64,000 nt of DNA from Octopus sinensis (GCF_006345805.1 NC_043011.1:17620464-17684463); one strand, 5' to 3'. Counted from the stretch's first letter, positions 39,294 to 52,544 are shown. Notes: generated by a model from the letters alone, not told the origin. Numbers and translations are program-made.

Positions 39294-41393
39294 TATTTTA
39301 TATTATTTGCCACTAGGGCAGCACACAGAGTAGTAGCTACAGGCTGGACAAGGACATTAATGGATGATGGTGGTGGTGGATGAAGATGGAGATGGGAGAA
39401 GTCGAAAGCGCCCGCCGACTATCGCTTCTCTAAAACAATGTTTCAATAAATACATTTAATAAAATGTTCACAATGATTCAAATTACATATTTTAGAGGAG
39501 GCAATAAACCTCCTCTTCAACATGTTTAAAAAATGTTCAACAATTCTCCTCGTCAGGTCCCCGAAGCAAATTGTCTTGCCGCCTGCAGACAACTCTGCGA
39601 CGACAAGTCGGGGCCTGCAAAGAGAAAAGTAAAATCTTTCCTCTCAAAGGTCTCTGCGACCGTTGACAAAATATCTTCCGTTACTTTTTCCGCAGCTACC
39701 AGCGGAGGCCATAACGGACTCCTTGAGCCGACCGTGCCCTTGCGTTCTCGGTCACCCAAGCCATTCAAAAACCTTTCCACCTCCTCTCCCTTGTGGTAAA
39801 GGAGGAGAAGCATCTCTTCTTCACAGGAAGGGACCTCACACTGCTCCGTCAGTGGCACACTTCCCACTGGCGGAGCCTTGTCCGCGGGTGGCACACATCC
39901 CACCCGCGGCTCCGTCGGCGACACAGAAACGTCAGTCATCCGACCTCTCCCTTTTCTCCTCCTTCTTTTGGGGGAGACTGCTGACCCAGGGGACTCCGTC
40001 ACCAGACACGGGGGATTGCTATCCCCCTCCGCCACCTGAGCGTTCTTTGGCGGGCAACCATTGTTGCTCGCCTGTCTCTTTCTTTTCGTGGAGGCAACCT
40101 CCTCCACGACTTCCACCGTCTCCCCCTCCAATGAGGGGGCGGCGGGCGCCTTTTCCCCTTTCGGATCCGGGGCACCACCACGGCCCCCGGGACAATTCCT
40201 CCTGATATGTCCGGGCTTCAGGCACAGGTGACACTTGGGGGGGGGCGACCCTCGAGTATCACCGGGTACCTGTGCCCAGCCATTCTCAGGAAGTCCGGGA
40301 ATTTCATTTCTCCCACGGCCACCGGTGTCCACAGGGTCAAAGTTGCCTTTGACCCCTCCCAGGCGACCGCGGGAGCCATTTTCACACTCAGTAGTCTGGG
40401 TCCGCTATCCCCCAGGCCTCGCCGGATGGTCTTCTCGATCCATTCCGCCTCCGTGCCCGGGGGCAGCCCACACACACAGGCTCTTTTTACTTTTCTGCCA
40501 CAATACGAGGGGAGGAACAAAATTTCCTCTCCCTCCAGTGGCTCGCTAGCAAATCTGCTAGCTTCCTCGGGGGTATCAAATAGCAACCGCACCGTTGCAA
40601 ATTTATTCCCCCGAGAAATAAACTTTATCGTTGGTAGGTGGTCCCCCAACTCTTTATCTATGGTGCTCCTGTCGAAGAGGGCAATAGCTCCACACGACCT
40701 AGAATAGGTTCGTAGGACCACCGTCCTCTTCTCAAGACTTTCAATCCACTGCTTGGGTGGGACAACCTCCCATTCCAAAGCAGTGGTTTCTTTTGTTGCC
40801 ATGTTTTTTTTTTGTTTTTTTTTGTTTTTTTAAAAATGTATTCAGAATAAAACTAAAAAAACGAGAAGAAAAGGAAATCCGAAGAAAGTCACAGTGAAAA
40901 AAGGAGAGAGTCAAATAAAGTTAAAAAGAAAGTAAAATAAAGTTAAAAAGAAAGTCAATAACACAGCAAAATCCTTTTGGCCATTTGGTACTCCCGGCCT
41001 AAATCGAACCAGGAACGCACAACTTCCACAAAAATTGGTGAAAAATTGGTAGTAGTTTTCACAATTCATAAAAGTTCTTCACAGCACAATACAATTCTCA
41101 CAATTACGTGAGAAAAATATTTACTCACTTTATCGAAGACGGATACGCCCACAAAAATTTTCTCAACGAGAAAAATATATTTGCCACATGTCGGCAGAAT
41201 CAGAATTCTGAATCCAGTAGGACTTCCTGCCTGTAAAAAACAATTCTCAACAAAAACTCCCACTGGACCCAGAAAACAGAATCTTACCTTACATGGGGCT
41301 TCCAAAGTTTTCAATTCAAGACGGCTTCAATAGCACATCTTCACCGCTTCAGTGCCAAACACAACACTGACTCGCACATGCGCAGAAGCAACC
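39294..41393 (-). mobile_element. Element B: ORF1-only retroelement
   Basis: Bounded by GTTAGCAAAGCTACTT at 39278-39293 and 41394-41409. Its 3' UTR motifs are shared with A and C. Confidence 0.9.
39553..40802 (-). CDS. Tx1/L1-type ORF1 protein (~416 aa), one apparent frameshift
   Basis: ORFs 40218-40802 and 39553-40332 join at a G10 run (40237-40246): FPDFLRMAGHRYPVILEGRPP / PKCHLCLKPGHIRRNCP. Confidence 0.8.
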
Positions 41394-41409
41394 GTTAGCA
41401 AAGCTACTT

Positions 41410-43437
41410 TATTTCATTTAATTTGCCACTAGGGCAGCACACAGAGTAGCTACGGGCTGGACAAAGACATTAATGGATGATGGTGGTGGTGGATGAAGAT
41501 GGTGATGGGAGAAGTCAGAAAGCGCCAGCCGACTTTTGCTTCTCTAAAACAATGTTCTTTTTTTTCAATAATTTACAAAATTTCAAAAATTACAAAAATT
41601 CAAAAAATTTTCACAAAAATTTCAATTTACAATTTACACTTTTAAATGTCTCTTCAGAGGCAATAAACCTCTCTCACAATGTAACACAATTACAATTTTA
41701 CGTTACCCGACCGATGAACTCTCTTGCTTTAATGACGCAATCGTCCATCGTCAGGCTTCCGCATACAGGTATGACTTGCAAGAGATCCTCCGGGAAAGAA
41801 TTCTCGATCCTGCACATATCCTTTTCGAGTAGGACCTCCGCAGCCAGCTGCGAAGGCCACTCGGGATACTCCATGCAGGACCGAAGTCCCTCCCATTGGT
41901 TTCTCTTCCTCATCCTACCTATTTCATTTTCTACAGTACCTCCTTTATGGAAGAGGACTACATAAAATTTCTCCGGCATCACAACCGCCGGAGGACACAT
42001 GGGAGACGCCGTCTGGGTGTTACAGTCCGCTGGTGGCGTCCCGTTCCTCTTTTTCTTTTTCTTTTTACGCTGGGCCTCGGGAGGTTGAGGTTCCGGTGCT
42101 ATACGCACCGGGTCCTCTTTTTCTTCCGCAGCCTCCGGTTCCTTTGGTGGGTCGCCATTGCTCCCCACTTTTCTTTTTCTTTTGGAGGAGGATTTTTCCC
42201 CCTCCTCACTTTGTTTCTCTCCCTCCATTGGTGGGGCAGGGAGAGGCTCTGATATTATCTTCTCCAGGATCCTACTCTGGTTCCTGGGGCAGTTTTTCTT
42301 AATGTGGCCGGTCTCCGAACACAGGTGACACTTGGGGGGGGGGGCGTCCCTCAAGCATCACCGGATACTTGGACCCGGCCATCTTCAAGAAGTCCGGCAA
42401 AACCAGACTCTTGGCCGACTGGGTCCACAGAGTCAAAGTAGCCTTTGCCCCTTCCCAGTCAGCCGCAGGCTGCATTCTCACGTTCAGGATCTTGGCGCTA
42501 CCACCACTCAGACCCCGGCGGATGGAATCTTCCACCCACTCGGGCTCGAAGCCGGGCGGCAGGCCGCAGACCCATAATCGTATCAATTTTTCCCCTTATA
42601 GCTTGGGAGAAACAGAATCTCTTCGCCCTCAATGGGCTTACTCGCGAAATCGCAAGCTGCTTTAGGGGAGTCAAACAGCAACCAAATCGTTGCTTATTTG
42701 GCTCCCCGTTGAATATGTTTAACGGCTGGCATATAGTCTGTCAGCTCGTTCATAATGGTGGCTTTCGGGAAAACCATTATGGTGTCGAGTGACCTCGAAT
42801 ATGTCCTCAACACCACGGTTTTGTCCTCGAGCTCAATTCCCACACAGTGAAATTCCTTGTCATAACGTAAGAAAAACAGTTCAAAATGTTACAAAATAAA
42901 TTAGACACAGAAAGGAGAATGAAAAAAGCAACAGAAGCGAAGAAATAAAATTAAAATGGCAGTTCAAAAAAAGTTCTTTTTTTTTTACAAATGAATGATA
43001 GACGGAGAAAGAGAGTTCAAATTCAGACAAAGGAATTAATTTTTCTTTTTTTTTTGTTCACTTTTTCGGCCGAAAATTGTATTCCAGGCCAAATACACTG
43101 TTGGTAAAACACCTTGGTAAAATAATCCTTGGTAAACCCCGTGGATAACACAATGACAATTTCAAAAATAATTTTTGCAGACGGACTACGCCGCCTCAAA
43201 AACACAATTTTCTTTACACTCGACAACAGGCAGAAAAATTACATCCGGAGCAAAGTGGAGCTTTATTATCTGCTAAAAAATATTTAATGCTGAAAAACAT
43301 TAATGCAAGTAATAAAACTTCACTTCGCTCGCAAAAACACAAAATGCCTACCTGCAGTCGAGTCGAAAGTTCAACAATTCACGTTGAAACAATGTGGCAT
43401 CTGGAGCAGCAAAATAACACGTCTAACTCAGACGAAG
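41410..43437 (-). mobile_element. Element C: ORF1-only retroelement
   Basis: Bounded by GTTAGCAAAGCTACTT at 41394-41409 and 43438-43453. Its 5' leader is homologous to that of element A. Confidence 0.9.
41698..42863 (-). pseudogene. Tx1/L1-type ORF1, several frameshifts
   Basis: EDKTVVLRTYSRSLDTI (~42775-42830), IRLWVCGLPPGFEPEWVEDSIRRGL...LPDFLKMAGSKYPVMLEGRPP, then a G-run slip, then KCHLCSETGHIKKNCP. The start position is approximate. Confidence 0.75.
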
Positions 43438-44119
43438 GTTAGCAAAGCTACTTACCACACAGCCACTCCTGCGCCTGTATGTATGTATACCTATAAAACA
43501 TAAGTATATAGAATGTGTCCTGAATCAAACAATCCTTCATAAATCAATCCCTTACAATATTAATGACTTAGAAGCAGCGAAATCAACAATCTACTTTCTG
43601 ACTTCTATCCCTCGAAACCAAGTAGGGATTGCAAACTATCATATAAGTTACATAGCCGTTACCCTGCGTATTAAATCACCAATTACAATTATTGAAACGT
43701 AACAGTACAGTCTTAAATCAATTTATAGCTGTACAGTTGATATAAACTATATCATATTCCGTTGTTGTCTAGAAATCCAAGATCATATGTTCATGTAGAA
43801 GCATGGATGCTTGCCAGGGAAATGACTTTTGGAATTCGGAACCATCATTTATGTAGAAGTCATCTAAACCAAACTTACACTGCGTGTCGCATATTGAATT
43901 TACAAAAGCATGGATTAAGTAAAGCCAAAGAGACTAAAACGCACACCTGCTTTAATCTATTCGATAAGAGTTATGTTTCAATCTTAACAAACCACAAATA
44001 GATATGGAGAGCATGCCTTGAACTACTGGATATACAGATCATTATTTTACGAAAAATAAAGTATGTATTATTAGAACTATACAGAAATTATTGCCCTTGA
44101 ATACTTATAACAACTGCGA

Positions 44120-44257
44120 TCTATTTATCTCTCTCTCTCTCTCTATCTATCTATCTATATATCTATCTATCTGTCTGTCTGTCTGCCTGTCTGTCTGTCT
44201 GTCTATCTATTTATCTATCTAGCTATCTATCTATCTGTCTGTCTGTCTACCTGTCTG

Positions 44258-44340
<83 letters not shown>

Positions 44341-44437
44341 GACTGTCTCTCTATCTACCTAGCTAGCTAGTCAACTAGTTAGAAAACTAGTTATGCATCT
44401 CTCTTCTTCGCCGCACATACGTATACACAAACACATA

Positions 44438-44500
<63 letters not shown>
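44120..44500. repeat. (TCTA)/(TCTG)/(TA)/(CA)/(CT) microsatellite cluster
   Basis: Directly visible. Confidence 0.9.
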
Positions 44501-44502
<2 letters not shown>

Positions 44503-45030
44503 GTACAGCCGTATTCACATATATGCAAACAAATATTAAACTTTCTTTACACATCACTTGCCTAGAAAACATCTTACAAATTTGCTTTCTTCAGTTTCTT
44601 TTACTATTCTTTTCTTATTTTCAAGTTACTAAATCATAACTGTTTATTTTTGGTAATTTTTTTTTTATATTTCTCTATGTAGTTTTAATAAAATACAACA
44701 GGAATAATTCATTCATATCGTCAAAGAAATACACATCTTGAACAAAGATATTGGAAAACCCTCTAATCCACACCGCAACATATTAATAATTTTATTAGGT
44801 AAACATTGTGCTTGACGAATATCCTCGAGGCAAGTAACGAAGTTAATACAATGTGTTATCTGTAGTCTGAATTACTTGATATAAATATAATATATTCTAT
44901 AATACTGTATCGTGTGCTATATACTTTTTGATAAACGAAATCAAGTTATCACCTACGAACACACGTAAATAAATTCATCCATATATATGTGTATGTGCTC
45001 ACAATGCATTTCTCTCTGTTCCTATTATAT

Positions 45031-45088
<58 letters not shown>

Positions 45089-45686
45089 CATCGAGGAGAG
45101 AAAGGAACGAATGTAATACTGAACAATTTGGTAGCAGTTACCTATATAATTTAACGACTGTTTGTTTCTGCTCCGTGTAAATTCACGATTCGCAGCCTCA
45201 CCAAACGAACGTAGCCATATCATGTATCAATGTATGTATGTGTGTGTCTGTGTATGTCATTGTTCAGTTTTATTTCAAGATTTCTTGCCAGTATGTCTAT
45301 GTGTATATATGAAAGTATTAAATATGCAGAGAAATCTCTTCATATTTATGAACATCAAGTGAAGCAAAAACAGATGGCATCACTTAATGCTACAGAACTG
45401 GCATCAGAGAAATTCAAAATTTCTCATGTCTTCTCTTTAGTATTTCAACAATATCAACACCATAAACACTGTAGGTTCAATGTGCCACACGTATTGAGCG
45501 TGATGGTAGCAAAGACTGCTATTCACTGTGTCTTTGAGGTCGTTTGTTTCTAAAACAGACATTGGGGACGCTTATCGAGAAGTGGGTTGCATGAGACACT
45601 ACAAAACATTCAATGTAATTTTGTATTAGATGTTCCATTCAAAAAGTCCCGAGTGTCACAGTTTATCCAGGACTGTTGTACAACAT

Positions 45687-45905
45687 ACGAGGAAGTGTTA
45701 AACATTTCATGATTTTGAGTAAAATAAAATACCGGCGGAACAGCTGCTTATGAATTTCTTCGTCACATTCCCCTCTCAGGTTTACACACTTACTCTAGCG
45801 GTCCTTCTGCTTTTCTAAGCCATGTAAAGAATTCGGGAAGTTGGGCCTCCAACCACGCATTTTATGATACGCTTAAAGCCAGGAAATTTTCAGTACCCCC
45901 TCGTA
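45687..45905. mobile_element. Mariner-derived MITE
   Basis: TACGAGGAAGTGTTAAACATTTC / GAAATTTTCAGTACCCCCTCGTA termini, with TA at both ends. Confidence 0.7.
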
Positions 45906-46278
45906 GCGTTTCTTTTGCCTTCAGGGTTGAGGTGAACTTACATACTTCTGGAAGTATCCTAGCATCTGTAACTGAGGAAAGTATTATTTTCTGTTGTAAA
46001 GCGCTTGTCAATATCGACATGTTTTCGACAACCTTGGATACGTCTGAACCACTCATACACTTGGCTGTGGTTCATATAATCCTCTCCATACCCATACACT
46101 TTCTGCAACTTTGAGTAGGCCTCTGAGCAGGTATCACCATGACAACTTTTTTTTGTCATGATTAATGCGATGATTACACGCTACACACGTTCCTTCCAAG
46201 CACTGCTGTAAACAGAGGGAGTTAGTTAGAAGGCTAAAACTTAGTGCGCAAGCACAGCAGAGTTTACGATCACCCTGT
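45906..46278 (-). mobile_element. Mariner transposon 5' fragment
   Basis: GDTCSEAYSKLQKVYG.....SQVYEWFRR...DIDKR (Mos1-type HTH). TIR-like CAGGGTGATCGTAAA at the right end. Confidence 0.75.
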
Positions 46279-46439
46279 GCTAATCGTCTTTACGCCGCGT
46301 GCCACCATCAGCAGGCGTCTTCTACTGTAGCCTCGGATAGATGAAAAGCTTGGGAGTTGATTTGGTAGACGGTAACCGATATATATATATAATACTGAAT
46401 GTATTTTTGAAATATCTGATAACATACATATAGAATTGC

Positions 46440-47515
46440 CCAAATATATCAATTGATATTTTTTCACCTTTGTTACAATCAACTGAAATGTAAACAGTAT
46501 TCGAGCAGTTTTACTGTTCAACTTCAAAAAGAGACGTAAAGCAACTGAAACTGCTCGTGATATGAACGAAACCCTTGGAGAAAAAATGACCAGTGAATGA
46601 TCAGCTCAAAAATGGTTCAAACGATCTCACAGTGGAGACCTGAGCCTTGATGATCGTGACCGTAATGGACGCCCATCGGTCATCGATGACGGTCAATTAA
46701 AGACCGTCATTGTGAAAGAGCCACGTAAAAATCCCCGAGAACTGGCAAAAGAAACTGACTGCACCATTTGCATGCGACCGGAAAATCAAAAGAGTTTGAC
46801 AAATGTTGTGAATGAAAATCAGGAAAAGCGCAGAAACGAAATTTGCTCGCCGCTTCTTCTCTGTAACCAGACCAATCAATTTCTGTACAATAATAAAACA
46901 AGTACTTCGCAGTGGTTGGATCATAATGAAGCACCTTGAAAAATGCAAACCTTCCCTAAACCTAAGCTCTTCAAAAAAGAGGTTCTGGTGACTGATTGGT
47001 GGTGTAATGCTGGATTCATTCGCTATAACATCTTAAAACCCAGAAAACCATTACTGTAGAAACATATTCCTATGAAATTGCCAAAATGAACGAAATACTG
47101 CTACTTCTCCGTCCAAGACTGATCAACAGAAGGGGATCAATAATTCGTAATAACAATGATCGACCCCACGTTTCAATAATGACGCTGCAAAAGCTGAAGG
47201 AGCTTAGCTACAAATTCCCCACCCAGCTTGTTCCCCAGTCCTTTGTTTTACCGACTACCAGTTTTTCAATCACATTGTTGGTTTCTTGCAAGGGGAGTTC
47301 AAAAATTAAACCGAGGCTGATGGTACGTCCAAACAGTTCATCGGCTACAGAAATCCAGACTCCTATGTTAGAGGAATATATAAACTTGTAAGCCGTCGGG
47401 GAAAATGTCTTGATTGTAATGGTACTTACTGTGATGAATAAAATTTCTGCCGTGTTGAAATATATTGTGATGAATTTCAGGTTTCAAAATGTTGCTTAAT
47501 CTTTACTCAGCCTGA
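46440..47515 (+). mobile_element. Decayed mariner transposon
   Basis: IRAVLLFNFKKRRKATETARDMNETLG...KWFKRSHSGDLSLDDRDRNGRPS and LINRRGSIIRNNNDRPHVS...LQKLKELSY. The right TIR ends ...TTTACTCAGCCTGA-TA. Confidence 0.85.
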
Positions 47516-47656
47516 TATATATATATATGTATGTATGTATGTATGTAGGTATGTATGTATGCATATTGCATGTATGCATGTATGTATGTATGTATGTATA
47601 TACATAGATATGTATATGTGTCTATAAATATATATATATATATATATATATACATA

Positions 47657-47711
<55 letters not shown>

Positions 47712-47769
47712 TATATCTGTATATATACATAAATACATTTATATTTATGGTTGTGTGTGTATGTTTGTA

Positions 47770-47995
47770 TGTATTTATGTGTGTGTGCATCACTGTTTGT
47801 CCCCGCATCATCGCTTGACAACCGAGGGTAATGTGTTTACATCCCCATAAATGAGCTGTTCGGCAAAAGAGACCGATTTAATAAGTACTACGCTCACAAA
47901 GAATAAGGCCTGGGGTGATTTCCTCGACTAAAAAGCTCTGTAAGTTGGTGCTCTATCATGGTCGTCGTGAAATGGCTGAAACAACTAAGAAATAA
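47770..47995 (+). mobile_element. Family-1 SINE, 3' half
   Basis: GTTCGGCAAAAGAGACCGAT..AATAAGTACTA...CAAAGAATAAG.CCTGGGG...CTGAAACAA. Confidence 0.65.
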
Positions 47996-48044
47996 AAGAA
48001 TATATTCACACACACGTGTTTGCGTATATATACATACAAGCATA

Positions 48045-48085
<41 letters not shown>

Positions 48086-48103
48086 GCACATGAGTGTGTG
48101 CGT

Positions 48104-48149
<46 letters not shown>

Positions 48150-48779
48150 CACACACACACACACAGGGGAGAGAGAAAGGGTAGTGATAAGATGAAGAGT
48201 GTAAGAGAGAGCCTTTTCGAGATTGTTAACTTGAAGTTTCCAAGGTGACTTATTTAGTGAAAAATATAATATTATATTGATTGGAAGATAAAACGTACAT
48301 AAATATTTATTTCAGAACCATCGTTTGTTTGGTCATTTTGTGTATAACATACAATACACAAAATTCTCACCTTGGCAATGATCACTTCATTATTTGGTAG
48401 GAGTAAAGAAGGCTTGGCTGACTGAAGAAAAATTCATATGTGGCCTGTTTTTCCTTTATTGTTAACTGTTATTCGCACAAATAAACATATATTGGTAAAT
48501 TTTATGGGGTATTTTAGCAGCCCAGTAGTTCGTTTTATTGAATGTGTTATGACAAGAGGTGTTTTTGAAATCAATACTTGAGGCGACGTTACAAAATAAA
48601 TATATTTGCGTGTTATTTCTGTTGGTGTAAGGATTTCGATTAAGTATCTCGAGTTAGCAAACGTTGTAATGTGATTATTGTATGTCAGAATACAGAGAAA
48701 TGAAAGAAGTATATTAAAATCATCGAGGTTTGTATCACTGCGTTAATGCTATGCCACTACATTTTACTTCCAAACGTCT

Positions 48780-49557
48780 TTTTCTTTCACTTGTTTCAGT
48801 CATCAAACTGAGACCATGCTGGGGCGTTGTCTTCAAGAATTTTTAGTCGAATGAAGCGCACCCAGTGCTTATGCTATCGATGTCTATTTACCGAACCGCT
48901 AATAGACACACCAACAACAGTGGAGGCGCAATGTCCCAATGGTTAGGGCAGCGGTCTCGCGGTCGGAGGATCGCGGTTTCGATTCCCTGACCGGCCGTTG
49001 TGTGTGTTTATTGAGCGAAAACACCTAAAAGCACCATGACGCTCCGGCAGGGGGTGGGGGTGGCGACCCCTGTTGTACTCTTTCGCTCCAACTTTCTCTC
49101 ACTCTTTCTTCCTGTTACATGTCCCCGACTTCCTACGCCACCGCTGAGCTTGGATGCGCATTCATCCATCCGTCGATGCTATCGGTGTCGGGGGTTGACC
49201 TGCTTTCTCTTCTGCGGGTCTTACGAATAGCAAAGGACCACGATTCGGACTTCTCCCATCTTGCGAGCTCTTGGACGAAGACCGTTCGCTCAACAGCAAC
49301 CGCAACATCAACAGTAGTTGTCAAGCGGTGCATCTGAAGAAACACAGACACAACCTCGCTACACCTACACACGTGTAGACGCACACACATAAATATATAC
49401 AACAGGCTTCTCTCAGGCCCCTCCTACCAAACCCATCACACGCCGTTGGTAGGCCTGAGACTATAGTACAAGACTCTAGCCCAAGGGGCCACGCAGTGGA
49501 ATTGAATCCTAAACAATGTGGTTAGGGAGTAAGCTTCTTACCACACAGTCATGTCTA
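48780..49557 (-). mobile_element. Old family-1 SINE interrupted by another SINE
   Basis: The tail half is at 48780-48921 and the head half at 49316-49557. Confidence 0.7.
48922..49315 (+). mobile_element. tRNA-derived SINE, third family, nested
   Basis: Head GGAGGCGCAATGTCCCAATGGTTAGGGCAGCGG...GGTTTCGATTCCC and a CAA-rich tail. CAACAGT is duplicated at 48915-48921 and 49309-49315. Confidence 0.7.
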
Positions 49558-51489
49558 TAAAATTAGATTACTAAACATTTGAATCAATTACCTTACGCTG
49601 TCAGGTAATCGACACGAACAAAATTTTTGACAAGACAAGTATCGTAAAAGTGTTAATTTTAATTGCATAAATAGCAGCCATATCTCCGTCTTTGAGATAA
49701 GTTGGACGAAACATTTGGACGGTGATGTTACGAATATTTTTGATAATAGACCTACGCAGCTAAATCTGATTTAGTGTTACACAGCGAGAATGTCATGTTA
49801 TCTTTTGATCTCTTTTAGTTTGCTTTTTGTGTTCGATGCCCAATACTATCGGAGCTGAAATGACTTTCCTGAAAGGATTTATTTGATATTATTACAATTG
49901 CGGAAGATTGCTAGAGTGTCCAATAAGCAATTCTTTCAAGTTAATGCGTGTGCTTTGCCTAAGGTCGCTGCACATATTTGCTGTAATAATATAGCATACA
50001 TTTTGGGGCTGATGAACAGCTAATCATTACATGAGCTTATTAAATGCAACAAAACTGCCTAATCCCCGGTGAATGTGGCGTGGAGAGAAAAGAAAAACGA
50101 AATCTCATAAAAGGAAAAAATGTTAATCGAAAAACTTCTTTCATGTAAAACATTATAAAAGTAGACAAAGAAATTTGATTTAACGATCAAATGAGCGACA
50201 AATGCATAAAAATACTCAGTATTTGTGGGTAAGCGGGGAAATGCTCCTGCTTTTTAAGTTGATTTTTATTCATTCACGCAAAGCTTAACTTTTGAATATA
50301 TAAATAACCTAATTTTCGAATGCAGAAAAGGATCAGTGGACACTCTCTGCTAGATAAAGCAGCCAAATCTTCAACAAGTCCTCATTATAACAGGAAATGG
50401 GGACACATGTTGCCTTATAATCATATGCATTCTCTTCGAGATATTTTTTATTTTGTATCCATGTTCTCCACTTTTCCTCTAACCCTCTTTTTAAAGGTAA
50501 CATCACTTGATCTGTTACCATTTCCTGAACTTATAAATAATACGACTTCATTAAATCAGACTTAATCTACATTTGTGTACCAACTGCATAAAAACAGTAT
50601 ATAATTTGAAAGCTTTCCTTTACTGTATTCGCCTTTATGGAAAAGTGTAACTGCTTCTTTTCCGTTTTGTTTCTTATTAAAAAAAATCGTTTTAATTAAA
50701 GTTCAAACAGTTCAACTTTTCCAGCAATAGTTTCTGATACCTTTAAATTCTCTCTGTGAATAATTAATTTCCTTGATGACAGTCACCTATTAAATTCAGC
50801 CATTAGATTAATATTTCCCAAATGTATCGTAAAACACTTCATATATGCGTTGTGAATAAAGCGGCTCCTTTAGAGATATTCGCTGAACACTTTTTCCACT
50901 ATTTTAAATATATGATAATTTTAACTTTCGAAAATTGGTTTTTATTTTCCGTATAAATGTCCTTACGATGTCTTCTTCGTTTTAATGCACGTATAAAAGT
51001 CTGCTGATTTCTACAATAAATTCGTTGCTATCTTTGAAAAGATATTATGTACTGAAGCATATGCACTACTGTAAGCTGTTACATCTTTAATATATTTTCA
51101 TCAACATCTATCTATCTATATACGCACATACATGTACGAAATGTAATTAAGATACAGGTACGGTAGTGTTTGACCACCTCTACCGCCCATACCAATAAAA
51201 AAAGCACAAAATTACAAAAATATTGACCAATGCATTGGTATATACATACTGGCGTGTGTGTGTTATATTAGTAAACAAATAGCAGCGAGTTTATAAACAT
51301 ACATTAGTGCATGAAAGTTATTATGGACTGTGTGTGTCTATGAAATATAACTGGTTACTATACAAAATTATTCCTTTTTTAATTGGAGTAATTAGAATGG
51401 AAGATGAACAATCATTAAGTTTAGATTTGATCCGTGCCATCACTTGTGGAAACATTACCTCTCGCATACATTCACACACACACACACAT

Positions 51490-51522
<33 letters not shown>

Positions 51523-51534
51523 CACATATATATA

Positions 51535-52048
<514 letters not shown>

Positions 52049-52544
52049 TATACAAAACCAATAAACTGCTGTGTGGACCGACAGACATGAAATATACTTG
52101 CAGCAGGAAAGAGATGTCATTGATGAAGTGGATAGCGACCAGCATATCGAGACAAACTTGACTGATTAGTTAAGTGAACGATTAATCAAGCAATCGATTA
52201 CTTAATAAGTTAAATAGTTATTTAACAATTTAACTAATAATAAAAGTAGTGAACAAGACCACAGCCAGTTTTTAGGATTTGTATGTAGATCTTCGTGAGC
52301 TGCAACCATGTCTGTTTTGACAGAGTTCACATCAAGATATCGCAAAACAAATACAGAGCTCAAAATACGTATGTATGTACTCCTTGTGTGGATGTGTGTA
52401 TGTATGTATTTATGTATGTATGTATGTATGTATGTATGTATGTATGTATGTATATATATATACATACATATGCACACATTAGATGGATAAATATACATTT
52501 TCTATATATGTATATATATATATATATATAATATATATATATAT

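Larger units (their letters stand above)
36601..43477 (-). mobile_element. Family-1 SINE split by a 6.4-kb array of three ORF1-only elements
   Basis: The SINE body runs 36601-37047, and the head resumes at 43438-43477 (…GCTACTTACCACACAGCCACTCCTGCGCC). Confidence 0.9.

Noticed and set aside
39421-39430. ATCGCTTCTC, matching the U2 snRNA 5' end (Keno-type target)
   Set aside because: Only 10 nt match, and paralogous copies read TTTGCTTCTC or TTCGCTTCTC. It is part of the 3' UTR hairpin.
37343-42863. Host ZCCHC3-like gene cluster or LTR gag genes
   Set aside because: The ORFs are intronless units inserted in a SINE with target duplications. No LTRs, PBS or pol are visible.
37033-43453. CRISPR-like or integron-like array
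   Set aside because: The 'spacers' are ~2-kb retroelements and the repeat is target-derived. There are no cas or integrase genes, and the DNA is eukaryotic.
48922-48995. Bona fide tRNA gene
   Set aside because: The acceptor stem does not pair well and the sequence continues into a SINE body and tail. The same applies to the other SINE heads.
50320-51110. Coding-like minus-strand stretch (…GLEEKWRTWIQNKKYLEE…)
   Set aside because: Multiple stops and no recognisable domain. It could be a decayed gene or TE.
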